From contig JACPCP010000010.1 of the NCBI GenBank assembly GCA_016179745.1, forward strand, positions 3,832-67,831: a stretch of 64,000 bases of DNA, given 5' to 3'. This document shows, piece after piece, positions 10,301 through 20,403 of the stretch (position 1 is the first letter of the stretch; each line of letters starts with the position of its first letter). Under the pieces are notes generated by a model, which searched no databases, was not told the DNA's origin, and saw only the letters and a program-made list of their open reading frames with translations. Made by a program: the position numbers and the translations under genes. The stretch comes from Candidatus Omnitrophota bacterium (GTDB lineage Bacteria; Omnitrophota; Omnitrophia; Omnitrophales; JACQLI01).

Positions 10301-11980
10301 TTGGGGCGTGGGCTCGAGTAAATTCTGCTCCGAGCCGATCGTAGTCTCGGTGGACGTGATGATTTCTTCACGGATGCAGTCAATGGGCGGGTTCGTGACC
10401 TGGGCGAAGAGTTGCTTGAAGTAATTATAAAGGAGCTGCGGCTTGTTGGAGAGAACGGCGAGCGGCGTGTCCGTTCCCATGGAACCCACGGGCTCCACGC
10501 CATCCTTTCCCATGGGTGCCATGATGATCTTCAGGTCCTCAAAAGTGTAACCAAAGGCCTGCTGGCGGGCGAGCACGGTCCTGTGGTCCGGCTCGTGGAC
10601 GTGCGGGGCCTCGGGTAATTTCTCGAGCGAAACCAGATTGTCGTTCAGCCAGAGCCGGTAAGGCTCCGCCGATGAAATTTTATGTTTCAACTCCTCGTCG
10701 GCTACAATGCGCCCCTCCTCCGTATCAATCAGAAACATTCGGCCCGGCTGCAACCGTCCTTTTTGCAGGACCCGCTCCGGCGGCACGTCCAGAACGCCCA
10801 CCTCGGAAGCCATGATGACCAAACCATCCTTCGTGACGTAATAGCGGGAGGGCCGGAGGCCGTTCCGGTCGAGGACGGCGCCGATCTTGACCCCGTCCGT
10901 GAAGGCAATGGAGGCCGGCCCGTCCCAGGGTTCCATGAGCGAGCTGTGAAATTCGTAGAAGGCCTTTTTCTCGTCGCTCATGCTTTCGTGATTCGACCAC
11001 GGCTCGGGGATCATCATCATCACGGCGTGCGGGAGCGGGCGGCCGGCGAGGACGAGGAACTCCAGGCAATTGTCAAACATGGCGGAGTCGCTCCCGTCCG
11101 GTAAAATGACAGGCAGCAGCTTTTTGATATCGTCTCCGAAAAGTTCTGTTTCACACAGGGCCTGACGGGCGTGCATCCAATTGAGGTTGCCCCGGAGGGT
11201 GTTGATTTCGCCGTTGTGGGCAATGTAGCGATAGGGGTGCGCCCGGTCCCAGCTTGGGAAGGTGTTGGTGCTGAAGCGGGAGTGAACCAGGGCCAGCGCC
11301 GTTTCCACGGCCGGGTCCTCCAGCTCCCGGTAGAAGGGAACGACCTGGGCCGACATCAGCATCCCTTTGTAAACGATCGTCTTGTAGGAAAGGCTTGAGA
11401 TGTAGAAGTAACGGCCGCCCTTCATTCCCGAATAACGGATCGTGTTTTCGGCCCGTCTCCGGATGACGTAAAGTTTCCGCTCAAAGGCCGGGTCCTCCAG
11501 AATTTTCGAACTGCGGCCGATAAAAATTTGACGGACCACCGGCTCACAAGCTTTGGCGGTGTTTCCAAGAAGGGCGTCGTCCGTGGCGACCGTGCGCCAG
11601 CCGAGAAAATGCTGTCCTTCTTCTCGAATGATTTCCTCGAAAAGCTTCTCACATCCCCGGCGCTCCTCTGCGTCGGGAGGAAGGTAGACCATCCCAACCC
11701 CGTATTCTTTCGGAGAAGGAAGTTTAACGCCCGATTTCAAAGCAGCATCTTTGAGAAAAGCGTGGGGGATTTGAAGAAGAATTCCGGCGCCGTCCCCGGT
11801 GTTGGCCTCACAGCCGCAGGCGCCCCGGTGCCGGAGGTTTAAAAGGACCTCCAGGGCCTGCTGGACAATCGGGTGCGATTTTCTCCCTTGGACGTCGACG
11901 ACAAAACCGACGCCGCAGGAATCATGCTCATACCACGGGTCGTAAAGGCCCTGTTTTGCGGGGCGATTCGTGTCATTCAT
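7382..11980 (-). CDS. gltB: Glutamate synthase large subunit
   Basis: 1532 aa. N-terminal amidotransferase with catalytic Cys ([10 protein letters not shown]). Central FMN/3Fe-4S domain and C-terminal GXGXG domain are recognisable throughout. Confidence 0.95.
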   Translation of the reverse strand: MNDTNRPAKQGLYDPWYEHDSCGVGFVVDVQGRKSHPIVQQALEVLLNLRHRGACGCEANTGDGAGILLQIPHAFLKDAALKSGVKLPSPKEYGVGMVYLPPDAEERRGCEKLFEEIIREEGQHFLGWRTVATDDALLGNTAKACEPVVRQIFIGRSSKILEDPAFERKLYVIRRRAENTIRYSGMKGGRYFYISSLSYKTIVYKGMLMSAQVVPFYRELEDPAVETALALVHSRFSTNTFPSWDRAHPYRYIAHNGEINTLRGNLNWMHARQALCETELFGDDIKKLLPVILPDGSDSAMFDNCLEFLVLAGRPLPHAVMMMIPEPWSNHESMSDEKKAFYEFHSSLMEPWDGPASIAFTDGVKIGAVLDRNGLRPSRYYVTKDGLVIMASEVGVLDVPPERVLQKGRLQPGRMFLIDTEEGRIVADEELKHKISSAEPYRLWLNDNLVSLEKLPEAPHVHEPDHRTVLARQQAFGYTFEDLKIIMAPMGKDGVEPVGSMGTDTPLAVLSNKPQLLYNYFKQLFAQVTNPPIDCIREEIITSTETTIGSEQNLLEPTPQSCRQIKLKSPVLTNEEFEKLRHVQHRDFKSVTLSILYKVSEGGKGLERSLEELFKKASQAIRKGTNIIVLSDRGIDREHAAIPALLAVSGLHHHLIREGTRTRVGLVLESGEPREVHHFALLIGYGCGAVNPYLAFETLDDMIRQGILKDIDHKTAVKNYAKAIAKGVVKTMSKMGISTIQSYRGAQIFEAIGLNHSVIDKYFTWTASRVEGIGLEELAEEVRKRHEHAFPERSVNGRTLDPGGQYQWRRDGEYHLFNPETVHKLQLAARTANYKVFKEYSEAVNNHNTHYCTLRGLLDFKFAGKPVPIEEVEPVESIVKRFKTGAMSYGSISQEAHESLAIAMNRIGGKSNTGEGGEDPNRYQLDPNGDSRNSAIKQVASGRFGVTSLYLVNARELQIKMAQGAKPGEGGQLPGQKVYPWIAKVRYSTPGVGLISPPPHHDIYSIEDLAELIHDLKNSNQNARISVKLVAEVGVGTIAAGVAKAHADVVLISGHDGGTGASPQSSIKHAGIPWELGLAETHQTLVLNNLRSRIAVETDGQLKTGRDVVIAALLGAEEFGFATAPLVTLGCIMMRVCHLNTCPVGVATQDPELRKKFTGDPAHAVNFMKFIAQEARELMAQLGFRTVNEMVGRTDRLDAEKAVEHWKARGLDFSAILYQPKAAPDVGRYCQIPQDHGLAKALDHTTLLKICESALTRGEKVEASLPIRNTNRVVGTIVGSELTLRHGPAGLPDDTIHLCFKGSAGQSFGAFIPKGMTLELEGDSNDYIGKGLSGGKIIVYPSKDATFVPEENIIVGNVAFYGATAGEAYIHGMAGERFCVRNSGVNAVVDAVGDHGCEYMTGGRVVVLGPTGRNFAAGMSGGVAYVLDTAGTFPPLCNKQMVELGRLEDREEIEIVRGMIERHVQTTASGRARQILNLWDEMVSKFVKVLPKDYKRVLQALERVKSAGLGGEEAIMAAFEENARDLSRVGGN

Positions 11981-12420
11981 GGAGTGCTGCCCCGGCCATA
12001 AATGTATTCCTTCAGGTAATGGATTTCGTATTCCTGGGCCTCAAGCTGCGACTTGACCACGTCGCCGATCGAGACAATCCCTTCGAGCTTCCCCTCGGCC
12101 ACGACCGGGATGTGCCTCACCCGATTCTGTGTCATCACTCCCATCAGGTAACTGACTTCATCTTCGGGAGAGCCGATAATCACGTTCGTCGTCATGAGCT
12201 CGCTCACCCGCTCCTCGCCGACCCCCTTGGCGTTGTAACACGCTCCCCTGACAATGTCCCTTTCCGAGATGATCCCGACGATCCGCTGGCTTTTGTCCAG
12301 GACCAAGAGCGCCCCGATATTCTGGTTCGCCAAAGTATGCAGCGCCTCCTGGACAGTCTGATCCTCCCGGATCGTCCACACCTTTGAACCCTTGATTTTC
12401 AGAATGTCTTTCAGTTTCAT
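11977..12420 (-). CDS. CBS-pair domain protein
   Basis: 147 aa. Two CBS motifs ([27 protein letters not shown]; [20 protein letters not shown]). ATGA-type overlap with the gltB start. Confidence 0.7.
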   Translation of the reverse strand: MKLKDILKIKGSKVWTIREDQTVQEALHTLANQNIGALLVLDKSQRIVGIISERDIVRGACYNAKGVGEERVSELMTTNVIIGSPEDEVSYLMGVMTQNRVRHIPVVAEGKLEGIVSIGDVVKSQLEAQEYEIHYLKEYIYGRGSTP

Positions 12421-12436
12421 AAAAAGTTCCGGGACC

Positions 12437-12697
12437 TCAGCCCGATTTTAAATACTTGGATAATTGACCGGCGCCTTCAAGCCGAAAAAGCTCATCGGCC
12501 CCGCCAATGCATTGGTCCCCAATCACAATGATGGGGACCGTCAGCCAGCCGTAGCGCTCCTCGGCCTCCCGGCGCTTTCCGGCATTGTCTGTCACGTCGA
12601 TTTCCTGGAAGGCAATCCCCTTGCGTTTCAGGAGGTCTTTCGCCCGGACGCAATGGGGACAAGTCCGGGTGGTGTAGATCGAAACGGATTTCGCCAT
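12437..12697 (-). CDS. Glutaredoxin
   Basis: VSIYTTRTCPHCVRAKDLLKRKGI...TVPIIVIGDQCIGGADEL carries the classic CPxC Grx motif. Start assigned to the internal Met (MAKSV) to avoid a 44-nt overlap with ispH. Confidence 0.75.
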   Translation of the reverse strand: MAKSVSIYTTRTCPHCVRAKDLLKRKGIAFQEIDVTDNAGKRREAEERYGWLTVPIIVIGDQCIGGADELFRLEGAGQLSKYLKSG

Positions 12698-12701
12698 CTC
12701 G

Positions 12702-13886
12702 TCAACGGACCTGAATGAGTCGCTCGATGACTTCTTCGATGACACGGTTCGGAGTCGAGGCGCCGGCCGTCACGCCGACCTGGACGGGCCCCTTCGGGAG
12801 CCAGCCCCGGGAGCGGACCGGGTCTTTCTGGTGGACCGGTTTGTGCTCAATCTCGCTTTGGGAAATGATGCAGCTTGCGTCCTTGACGTGGTAGGCCGGA
12901 CAAAACTCCAGCGAGATTTCAACTAGGTGGCCCGTATTGCTCGAATTGTAGCCGCCGACCACGATCATGAGGTCCATCCCCTGCCGGCCTAATTTCAAAA
13001 CGGCGTCCTGCCGGTCCTGCGTGGCGGAACAAATCGTGTCGAAGTGACGGAACCGCTTTGGAAGCTCGGCCTCGCCCCACCGTTTCCGGATCGATTCCTG
13101 AAGCAGGTTGGCAATTTCCATCGATTCGCTGGAAAGCATGGTGGTCTGATTGGCGCAGCCGATCCGCTCCAAGTCCCGGTCCGGGTCGAAGCCGGTTGAA
13201 TGGGCCTCTCGAAACTTTTCCAGAAAGGCTTTTCGGTCTCCCGGTCCCTCAATGTAATCGCAGACAATCTGGGTTTCCAATTTATCCCGCACGACGAGGT
13301 ATTTCCCGCCGGCATACTGGGTCGCCCGGGAACTGGTGGCCTGCGTTTCCTCGTGATCGTATTTCCCGTGAATGACGGAGGTGAAGCCCTCCCGGGCGTA
13401 ACTTTCGACCCGCTTCCAGACGCTCATCACCGAGCCGCAGGTCGTGTCCACCAGGACACAGCCTTTTTTCTGGAGCTCGTTCAAATCCTTGGTGGTCGTG
13501 CCGAAGGCCGGGATGATCACAACATCCTCCTCGGTGACCCGCTCGACTCCCCCATCCGTTTGGTAGGGCCCGCTCAAAAACTGAACACCCATCTCGAGGA
13601 GCTTGGAATTGACCCGGGGGTTGTGGATGATTTCGTTGGTGAGGAAAATCCGCTTCTCGGGAAATTGGGCCCGGGTCTCGTAGGCGTAATCGACGGCCCG
13701 GTCCACGCCGTAGCAGAATCCAAACTCTTCGGCGAGACAAATCGTGAGATCGCCGGCTTCGAGCCGGTAGCCTTCCTGTTTGATTCGATCGATCAGGGGA
13801 CTGTGGTAACTCGCCTGAAGCTGGGGGCGGATTTGCTCCTTGAGGCCGAAACTTTTCCGAATGATGGTTTGATTTTGTTCGGGCAT
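12702..13886 (-). CDS. ispH: 4-hydroxy-3-methylbut-2-enyl diphosphate reductase (long form)
   Basis: CLAEEFGFCYGVDRAVD...NEIIHNP...HVKDASCI... matches IspH/LytB motifs including conserved Cys ligands. About 394 aa from the internal Met. The upstream extension in the ORF track would overlap the neighbouring gene. Confidence 0.85.
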   Translation of the reverse strand: MPEQNQTIIRKSFGLKEQIRPQLQASYHSPLIDRIKQEGYRLEAGDLTICLAEEFGFCYGVDRAVDYAYETRAQFPEKRIFLTNEIIHNPRVNSKLLEMGVQFLSGPYQTDGGVERVTEEDVVIIPAFGTTTKDLNELQKKGCVLVDTTCGSVMSVWKRVESYAREGFTSVIHGKYDHEETQATSSRATQYAGGKYLVVRDKLETQIVCDYIEGPGDRKAFLEKFREAHSTGFDPDRDLERIGCANQTTMLSSESMEIANLLQESIRKRWGEAELPKRFRHFDTICSATQDRQDAVLKLGRQGMDLMIVVGGYNSSNTGHLVEISLEFCPAYHVKDASCIISQSEIEHKPVHQKDPVRSRGWLPKGPVQVGVTAGASTPNRVIEEVIERLIQVR

Positions 13887-13893
13887 GACGAGG

Positions 13894-14910
13894 CTAGGCG
13901 GCCAGCGGTTGGGCGATCGCCACCTGACGGATGACAACGCCTCCTTCCTCCAGGAGCGCCTTCGCCCTTTCGGCCAGGTCGTAATCCACGTTGTAGACCA
14001 CTTCCCGAATGCCGGCATTGATGATCATCTTCGTGCAAATCAAGCAGGGCGAGTAGGTCGTGTAAAGCGTGGACTCCTTGATCGTGACTCCGTGGTAGGC
14101 GGCCTGCGTGATCGAATTTTCCTCGGCGTGGGAGCACAGGCATTCTTCCAGGTCCTTGCCGGAGGCGCTGAGGTTGTTGCAGCGGGGGCAGCCGCCTTCG
14201 CTGCAATTTTTGACCCCTCGGGGCGTGCCGTTGTAGCCCGTGGAAATAATCCTCCGGTCCTTGACGATGACGGCGGCCACCTTCCTTTTGATGCAATTCG
14301 ACCGGAGCGCCACCATTTTGGCAATTCCGATAAAGTAATCGTCCCAGTCCGGCCGCAGTTCCTTTTTGGAAAAATCGAGGAGCAGCCGTTTGATTTTCTC
14401 GTGGAGGTCCCGGAGCGGGCCGCCGTTTTCAAGCGTGGCGTCGGCCGAGGAAATCGTGCGGTCAAGCTGCTGGTGATCGGAATCCGGGCTCGCTGCTTCT
14501 TTTGCCTCGAGGGCCAGGAACTCCTCAAAAGTGCGGGGGTCATTCTCCCGGCCCCGCTGGCGGAGCCGCTCAAATCGGAGACGCTGGGGGCCCTGAACAT
14601 GGACGAGGGAGAAATCCCGGCGCCGGCGGAAGACCTGGGCCTCGGCCGGGTGACGGATCGAATCGATGATGTAATTTTTCTCGGGGTCGAGCCGGGCGAA
14701 AATCCGCTCGGCCAAAACGCCGGGTCCGGATTCCTTGCGGAGCCGGTTGCCGAGCTCCACCAAAACGTCCCGGGTCACGGGCTGGCCCGCACTGCGGGCC
14801 TCGTCCCGAAGGACATCCGAAAGGGAGAGGGGGACAAAGCCCCGCTCGGCCAGAAACTTTACGGCCTCGCCCTTCCCACCTCCATTTTTCCCGGTCAATC
14901 CGATAATCAT
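13894..14910 (-). CDS. Fusion protein: N-terminal P-loop nucleotide-kinase-like domain + C-terminal dCMP deaminase (CDA-fold) domain
   Basis: N-terminus MIIGLTGKNGGGKGE is a Walker A in a CoaE/dNMP-kinase-like context. C-terminus HAEENSITQAA...YSPCLICTKMIINAGIREVVY carries the zinc-binding motifs (HAE, PCxxC) of deoxycytidylate deaminase. Confidence 0.6.
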   Translation of the reverse strand: MIIGLTGKNGGGKGEAVKFLAERGFVPLSLSDVLRDEARSAGQPVTRDVLVELGNRLRKESGPGVLAERIFARLDPEKNYIIDSIRHPAEAQVFRRRRDFSLVHVQGPQRLRFERLRQRGRENDPRTFEEFLALEAKEAASPDSDHQQLDRTISSADATLENGGPLRDLHEKIKRLLLDFSKKELRPDWDDYFIGIAKMVALRSNCIKRKVAAVIVKDRRIISTGYNGTPRGVKNCSEGGCPRCNNLSASGKDLEECLCSHAEENSITQAAYHGVTIKESTLYTTYSPCLICTKMIINAGIREVVYNVDYDLAERAKALLEEGGVVIRQVAIAQPLAA

Positions 14911-14969
14911 AACGGCGCTTATTCTATGCCAAAACCGGGCGAACGGCGGAGAAACTTCAAACCCAGGAC

Positions 14970-15203
14970 TTAGGTTTTCTCAAGGACAAGCTGGGTGTCG
15001 GTGTCCCGCACACCTTCAGCTTTTCGAATCGTATCGACGAGGCGGGCAAAGGCATGATAGGGTTCGGCCTCGATGAAGGCAATCATGTCAAACTCCCCGG
15101 TGACTTGATAAACGGAATGGACGCCCGCCATTTGACGGACGGCCTCTTCGACGTGGTCTTCCTTGCCGGGATGGACATCGATCATCACAAAGGCTTTAGG
15201 CAT
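14970..15203 (-). CDS. Lrp/AsnC-type ligand-binding domain protein (standalone RAM domain)
   Basis: 77 aa resembling the C-terminal effector domain of AsnC/Lrp regulators, with no HTH. Start abuts the ferredoxin stop. Confidence 0.55.
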   Translation of the reverse strand: MPKAFVMIDVHPGKEDHVEEAVRQMAGVHSVYQVTGEFDMIAFIEAEPYHAFARLVDTIRKAEGVRDTDTQLVLEKT

Positions 15204-15517
15204 TACTGGACGAGCTTGTTTGTAGGCTTCCGGGGAGGCTCGTTCTTGGGCCGCTCAGGCACCTTGGGGTTGGCCTTGAATTGCGGGGACAGGTCGGCGT
15301 TGATCTTGGCGTAGGCCTGATCGTAATCTTCCGATTCCACGATGGCCCCAATAGGGCATTCCGGGAGGCAGGCGCCGCAGGTAATACAGATGGTGGGATC
15401 AATGACCATGAAAGGTTCATTCTTGTAAGGCCCGGGGTAGATGCAATCCACCGGGCAGACGGCCACGCACGACGCATACTGTTCTCCCAGGCATTTCTCA
15501 GTGATGACATAAGACAT
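15203..15517 (-). CDS. Ferredoxin (7Fe/2x[4Fe-4S]-type)
   Basis: YVITEKCLGEQYASCVAVCPVDCIY ... CITCGACLPECP matches the Azotobacter-type FdxA cysteine pattern. Confidence 0.75.
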   Translation of the reverse strand: MSYVITEKCLGEQYASCVAVCPVDCIYPGPYKNEPFMVIDPTICITCGACLPECPIGAIVESEDYDQAYAKINADLSPQFKANPKVPERPKNEPPRKPTNKLVQ

Positions 15518-15635
15518 TTTTTCCTCCTCGCCGAATCTGGTTTTGGTTCCTCGTTGTTGGGGTATAGTAGCGAACAGAGGGGGGGCTCGTCAACAGCTCT
15601 CATCGGAAATCTTGAATCTTTCGAAGACGCTTGGG

Positions 15636-16469
15636 CTAGTTGGCAGGAATACGATTAACTGTTAATTTCCCTACCTGGCGGTTTCCTTCAACAATGAAAA
15701 AGATAATCCTGACTCTCTCCAAATTCACTCCCTTGAACTCGGAGGTGGGGATCGCCCACACTTGTTCCTTTCCCCGTTTGATCCCTTCGAGAATCACGGA
15801 GGCCTTCCGGCCTTTACTGTCGACAATCTCAAGCTTGACTTCGGAGGGATCTCCTTTGAGACCAAATACCAACCGGGATCTCCCGCTTAGATCCACCGTC
15901 TCAATCTTAGAAGTCCCAAAATGGTCATAGGTAAATCCCCCGCCTGAAAAACCGCCCGTCTTTGTATCATAGCTGAAGAGCATCCCACGACTTGTCTTTT
16001 GGGCTGAAGCTTTGACATTTTGGCCCGAGGGTTTTGTCACAGCCAGAAGCGGCATCTTAAACCTCTGACCCAAGTCCTTGACGATGGTTTGGGGCAAACG
16101 AGAAATCTTGTCCGGGGTCAGGGTGGGATGCGGAGAAATCGTGGTCGAGGGAACGCTCCTGGGACGGCCAATGCTCCCCTCATCCGAATCGAAATCTTCG
16201 TTCTCAGAGGTTGCGGCCTTTGAAAGAGGGCTGTGCTTTTCACTTGCGTCAATTGCATTGAACCTTCCCCTTTCGGCATCGGACGAAGCATTGGGTGCGT
16301 TCGAAGTGGTCTCGACCTCAACGGACTTCACTGGCACGTAATGTCCCCCATCCTGAGCCTGCACTACAACGGGAGCTTCGTCTGCGAGAATGGATCCGGG
16401 AATCGCTAACCCCATTATTACGAATAGAGGAAGGACCCTGCTCAATCTGGATATTCTATTTGTAACCAT
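15636..16469 (-). CDS. Hypothetical secreted protein
   Basis: Internal start with a GGAG RBS. Signal peptide RVLPLFVIMGLAIPGSILA. Acidic, Ser/Thr-rich linker, then a C-terminal beta-rich domain. No family recognised. Confidence 0.4.
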   Translation of the reverse strand: MVTNRISRLSRVLPLFVIMGLAIPGSILADEAPVVVQAQDGGHYVPVKSVEVETTSNAPNASSDAERGRFNAIDASEKHSPLSKAATSENEDFDSDEGSIGRPRSVPSTTISPHPTLTPDKISRLPQTIVKDLGQRFKMPLLAVTKPSGQNVKASAQKTSRGMLFSYDTKTGGFSGGGFTYDHFGTSKIETVDLSGRSRLVFGLKGDPSEVKLEIVDSKGRKASVILEGIKRGKEQVWAIPTSEFKGVNLERVRIIFFIVEGNRQVGKLTVNRIPAN

Positions 16470-16682
16470 AAGCAATTTCTGTTTCTCCTTTAGCCGCCTG
16501 AAGTTAAGAATTAGTAAACTTCTTAACTGAGAGCAGTGAAATAAGCCTAGCATCTATTCGGAAAAAGTCAAATTCACCTCCGAAAGCTACCCTTTTTCCT
16601 GTGGGAAGCGTCAGGTAATGGAAAAATGCTCGGGAAATCCAAGCGACGTGTGATATACTTTCGCAGAAAAGGAGGCGGTTCC

Positions 16683-16889
16683 ATGCCCATAAGTTGTCCT
16701 GAACCTATTGATTTGACAAAAATTCTGGAACCCTACGAAGGGGAATGGGTAGCTCTTTCTTCGGATCAAAAAAGGGTGATGGGTCATGGTCCAACTCCTC
16801 ACGAAGCCCTCGAGATGGCTAAAGAAAAAGGAGAGAAAGATCCAATTCTTTTTGGTGTGCCGGACGCCTATTCCAGCCATTTCTTGTGA
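16683..16889 (+). CDS. DUF5678-like small protein
   Basis: AGGAGG RBS before MPISCPEP. EGEWVALSSDQKRVMGHGPTPHEALEMAKEKGEKDPILFGVPD resembles DUF5678 family members. The assignment is from memory and not verifiable here. Confidence 0.45.
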   Translation: MPISCPEPIDLTKILEPYEGEWVALSSDQKRVMGHGPTPHEALEMAKEKGEKDPILFGVPDAYSSHFL

Positions 16890-16942
16890 TCCAGACTTTT
16901 CACCTTCCTTAAACAAAAATCCTCACGAAGCCCTCCGAGGCC

Positions 16943-17338
16943 TTGCCTCAAAGGGCGTTGATCCTCCGACCTATGCTTTCTATCTGGCTTTCGCATGGGG
17001 AGAAGAAAATCCATACGCTTGCCCTCCTTGATTCCGGTGCGGATGACTGTCTTTTCCCGGCATTACTGGGCCGCGAAATCGGGCTTGAGGTGGAGGAAGG
17101 GAAGAAACAGTTTTTCTCCGGAGTCGGTTCCGCGGGCAATGTCTCCTACTTCCATAAGGTTAAAATAGCTTTTGAGTTGGATGAGCATCCTTTTGAATTC
17201 GAATGTTATGCCGGGTTCTCAACAGCGATGGACCTCGTCAAGTTCGGCCTCCTTGGCCGGTACGGCTTTTTTGACCTCTTCAATCGGCTCACCTTTGACA
17301 CCGAACACTCACTCATCGAGATTAATGCTGACTTGTAG
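16943..17338 (+). CDS. Retropepsin-like (clan AA) aspartic protease
   Basis: 131 aa. ALLDSGADDCLFP carries the D(S/T)G active-site motif in the hydrophobic context typical of single-domain retroviral-type aspartyl proteases. Confidence 0.6.
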   Translation: MPQRALILRPMLSIWLSHGEKKIHTLALLDSGADDCLFPALLGREIGLEVEEGKKQFFSGVGSAGNVSYFHKVKIAFELDEHPFEFECYAGFSTAMDLVKFGLLGRYGFFDLFNRLTFDTEHSLIEINADL

Positions 17339-17542
17339 CAGCGTGGGACGAGCTACCTCCGAACCATAACCTGCTCGGAGATTGGAATTCGCCCCCGTCT
17401 ATCTTAAGAACGTTTCACTGCCTAGGTAGTCGTTCTTAAAGAGAAACGAAATCCTCAAGGTCAAGGGACGACCCTGCGGGGCGGGTCCAAAGGCGCAGCA
17501 GTGCCTCGCTCGTGGGGGTTGTGCTAGAATGAGCGCCACTTT

Positions 17543-18280
17543 ATGGAAGCGCTCAAACGGATTTTACTCTCGGTTTACCTTTGGATCGCCGTCATCCTCG
17601 TGACCGTGGGGGTGACTACCCTGATTGTGATCACCTGGCCTCTGGCCCTGGTGGACCCTTCGAGGCGCCTCGCCCACTCCCTCGGGGCCGTTTGGGCCTA
17701 TCTGCTTTTGCATGTCAACCCTCTCTGGCATTTCGAAACCCTGGGAATCAAGAAGCTCAAAAAAGACCAGGCTTACGTTCTCATCTCAAACCACGCAAGT
17801 CTTTCGGACATCGTCTGCCTCTTCAGCCTTCGTCACCCTTTCCGGTGGCTCGCCAAGCGGAGCCTCTTTTACATCCCTTTTCTCGGCTGGGCGATGAAGG
17901 CAATGGGCTCGATTCCGCTTGAACGGGGCCGCCACGGAAGTATCCGTGAGAGTTACGCCCAGTCGCTTGAGTGGCTCCGGCAGGGTGTCTCGGTCCTGAT
18001 TTTTCCGGAGGGGACCCGCAGCCGGACGGGTGAAATGGGAAAATTCAAAAGCGGGGCCTTTAAGCTTGCGATCGAGTCCGGCTGTCCGATCGTGCCTATT
18101 GTCCTCACCGGAACTCAGCAAATCATCGCAAAAGGTAAATCCTCCTTCGGCAGGCCGGGACGGGCGGTGATGAATGTTCTGGATCCGATCGAAACGAGAG
18201 GACTCGACCCCAAAGAGGAAGAAGCGGTCCGTTGCCGGGTGGAAAATTTAATGCGGGCCGAGCTTCGGAGACCTGCTTAG
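17543..18280 (+). CDS. plsC: 1-acyl-sn-glycerol-3-phosphate acyltransferase
   Basis: NHASLSD (HX4D block) and FPEGTRS motifs, with an N-terminal TM helix. Confidence 0.8.
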   Translation: MEALKRILLSVYLWIAVILVTVGVTTLIVITWPLALVDPSRRLAHSLGAVWAYLLLHVNPLWHFETLGIKKLKKDQAYVLISNHASLSDIVCLFSLRHPFRWLAKRSLFYIPFLGWAMKAMGSIPLERGRHGSIRESYAQSLEWLRQGVSVLIFPEGTRSRTGEMGKFKSGAFKLAIESGCPIVPIVLTGTQQIIAKGKSSFGRPGRAVMNVLDPIETRGLDPKEEEAVRCRVENLMRAELRRPA

Positions 18281-19117
18281 ACGCTCGAGGCGTTCGATTC
18301 TTTCTTCGACCGGCGGGTGCGTGCTGAAAAGTTTCACGATCCCTCCCCCTCGAAGCGGATTCACAATAAATAAATGAGCCGTCGTGGGGTTCGCCTCAAC
18401 CATCGGAGTCCGGCGGCTTCCGGCGTCTAATTTCCTCAAAGCACTTGCCAATCCCAAGGGATTTCCGGCCAGTTGGGCGCCCCCTTCGTCTGCGCCAAAT
18501 TCCCTCGAACGGGACACGGCGAGTTGAATCAGAAGCGCCGCAAAAGGGGCGACAATGGCCGTGATCAAAAGCACCAAAGGATTCGCCCCGCCTTCCCGGT
18601 CGCTTCGCCGGCCTCCGCCGAACATCAAGGCCCACCGTGCCATCGAAGAAAGCATGCTGACAGCGCCCGCAATCGTGGCCGCCACAGAGGCAATTAAAAT
18701 ATCCCGGTGTTGAACGTGGGCCAGTTCGTGTCCCAAAACCCCTTTGAGCTCCTCCTCCTCGAGAAGCCGGAGAATCCCTTCCGTCACAGCCACCACGGCG
18801 TGACGGGGATTGCGGCCGGTCGCAAAGGCATTGGGCGCCTCGGAAGGGATCCGAAAAATGCGTGGCATGGGCATCCCGGCTTTCTCAGTCAGTTCACGAA
18901 CGATCCGGTAAACCGCCGGGGCGTCTGATTCAGAAAGCGCCTGAGCTCGATACATCGCTAACACGATCTTGTCGCTGAACCAGTAGGCGCCCAGATTCAT
19001 CACGCAGGCGAAGACAAGCGCTGTCATCATCCCCTGCTGGCCGCCGAGGGCGCCGCCCGCAAAAACCAAAAGAAGCGTCAGGGCCGTCAAAAGGAAAAGG
19101 GTCTTGAAGAAATTCAT
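18248..19117 (-). CDS. htpX: Zinc metalloprotease HtpX (M48)
   Basis: HELAHV zinc motif and four TM segments. C-terminus [14 protein letters not shown] is typical of HtpX. Confidence 0.85.
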   Translation of the reverse strand: MNFFKTLFLLTALTLLLVFAGGALGGQQGMMTALVFACVMNLGAYWFSDKIVLAMYRAQALSESDAPAVYRIVRELTEKAGMPMPRIFRIPSEAPNAFATGRNPRHAVVAVTEGILRLLEEEELKGVLGHELAHVQHRDILIASVAATIAGAVSMLSSMARWALMFGGGRRSDREGGANPLVLLITAIVAPFAALLIQLAVSRSREFGADEGGAQLAGNPLGLASALRKLDAGSRRTPMVEANPTTAHLFIVNPLRGGGIVKLFSTHPPVEERIERLERLSRSPKLGPH

Positions 19118-19170
19118 TTTTTACCTCCAAAGACATTTGGTTCGGTTTCTGGTATTTTACTCGCTCTGAA

Positions 19171-20403
19171 ATGAAAAGCAAACCGGCCCTCGCAACGGTA
19201 TTTTTGGCGGTCCTGATTGACCTCATGGGCTTTGGGATCGTCCTGCCGCTCCTCCCGTTCTACGCCTCTCTTTTCAAGGCCTCGCCCGTGGCGATCGGCC
19301 TTCTTTACAGCATTTACTCCTTCGCCCAGCTTGTTTTTTCTCCCATCTGGGGAGGGCTCTCGGACCGGGTCGGGAGAAGGCCGATTATGTTGATGAGCAC
19401 GTTGGGCGCCTCTTTCGCTTACCTCCTTTTCGGCCTGGCCCACACCCTCCCGCTCCTTTTTCTCTCAAGGCTGATTGCCGGAATCATGGGCGGAAATATT
19501 TCCACGGCCCAGGCCTACGTGGCAGATGTCACCCCTCCCGAAAAAAGGGCGCAGGGGATGGGACTCATCGGAGCGGCCTTTGGAATCGGCTTCGTCCTCG
19601 GGCCCGCCATCGCCTCGGTCTTGATTCAGCCGGCCTTCCTTAATTTTTTCAAGATCCCCGTGGAGCACGAGTATGCGATCCCCGGATTTTTTGCGGCGGC
19701 CCTCTCCCTCACGAGCTTCCTCCTCGTTCTCTTTAAACTTCCCGAGACCGTGAAATCCCCGGTTAGAGAAACTGAGGGGCTCTTCAAGTCGAGCGTCTTC
19801 ACAAAAGGCTTTTGGGTTTCCATGACGGAACCGGGGGCCGCCGGGATGAAATTCCTTTTTCCGATACTGGCCGGCTGTGTCTTCCTGTTCTCTTTTGCCC
19901 AGTCCAGCCTTTACAGCTCCTTCCCCCTCTTTTGCGAATCCGAACTCGGCCTGTCGGCGGGGAAGGTCGGCATGCTGTATGCCTATCTCGGGTTGATCGC
20001 CATTTTGATTCAGGGAGGATTGATCCGGGGCCTCGTCAAAAAATTCGGGGAGGAAAAACTTTTTCTGGCCGGGAGTTTTCTTCTGGTCCTGGGATTTGCG
20101 GCCGTCCCCCTGGCCGGGTCGATCCAATTTTTGGTCATGGCGCTCGGTCTTCTGGGATTGGGGGGAGGCCTGACGGGGCCCACGCTGAACAGCCTGATTT
20201 CAAAGGAGGCCGATCCCCGCCGGGTGGGTCAGGCCATGGGGGCCTCCCAGGGAATGGCGGCCCTCGGAAGAGTGATTGGGCCTACCTGGGGAGGGCTTCT
20301 TTACGGCGTCCTTGTCTGGCTCCCCTTCGCCCTGACGGCCCTGATTCTTTCGGTCACAGTCTTAATTGGAAATAAATTACAGCGAATAAAGTCGCCACGC
20401 TGA
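19171..20403 (+). CDS. MFS transporter (TetA/drug-efflux-like)
   Basis: 410 aa with 12 TM helices. Motif A GRLSDRVGRRPIM after TM2. Confidence 0.7.
   Translation: MKSKPALATVFLAVLIDLMGFGIVLPLLPFYASLFKASPVAIGLLYSIYSFAQLVFSPIWGGLSDRVGRRPIMLMSTLGASFAYLLFGLAHTLPLLFLSRLIAGIMGGNISTAQAYVADVTPPEKRAQGMGLIGAAFGIGFVLGPAIASVLIQPAFLNFFKIPVEHEYAIPGFFAAALSLTSFLLVLFKLPETVKSPVRETEGLFKSSVFTKGFWVSMTEPGAAGMKFLFPILAGCVFLFSFAQSSLYSSFPLFCESELGLSAGKVGMLYAYLGLIAILIQGGLIRGLVKKFGEEKLFLAGSFLLVLGFAAVPLAGSIQFLVMALGLLGLGGGLTGPTLNSLISKEADPRRVGQAMGASQGMAALGRVIGPTWGGLLYGVLVWLPFALTALILSVTVLIGNKLQRIKSPR

Noticed and set aside
12698-12745. Longer glutaredoxin start (M1 of the ORF)
   Set aside because: It would overlap ispH by 44 nt. 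The internal Met gives a canonical Grx N-terminus.
13885-14973. 362-aa plus-strand ORF and the 13200-13934 ORF
   Set aside because: They are antisense to the kinase-deaminase fusion and to ispH. The translations are compositionally biased.
17340-17542. Possible tRNA or small RNA between the aspartic protease gene and plsC
   Set aside because: An 11-bp stem hairpin (TCTTAAGAACG...CGTTCTTAAGA) is present. There is no T-loop/D-loop consensus or cloverleaf. It is more likely a terminator or promoter element.
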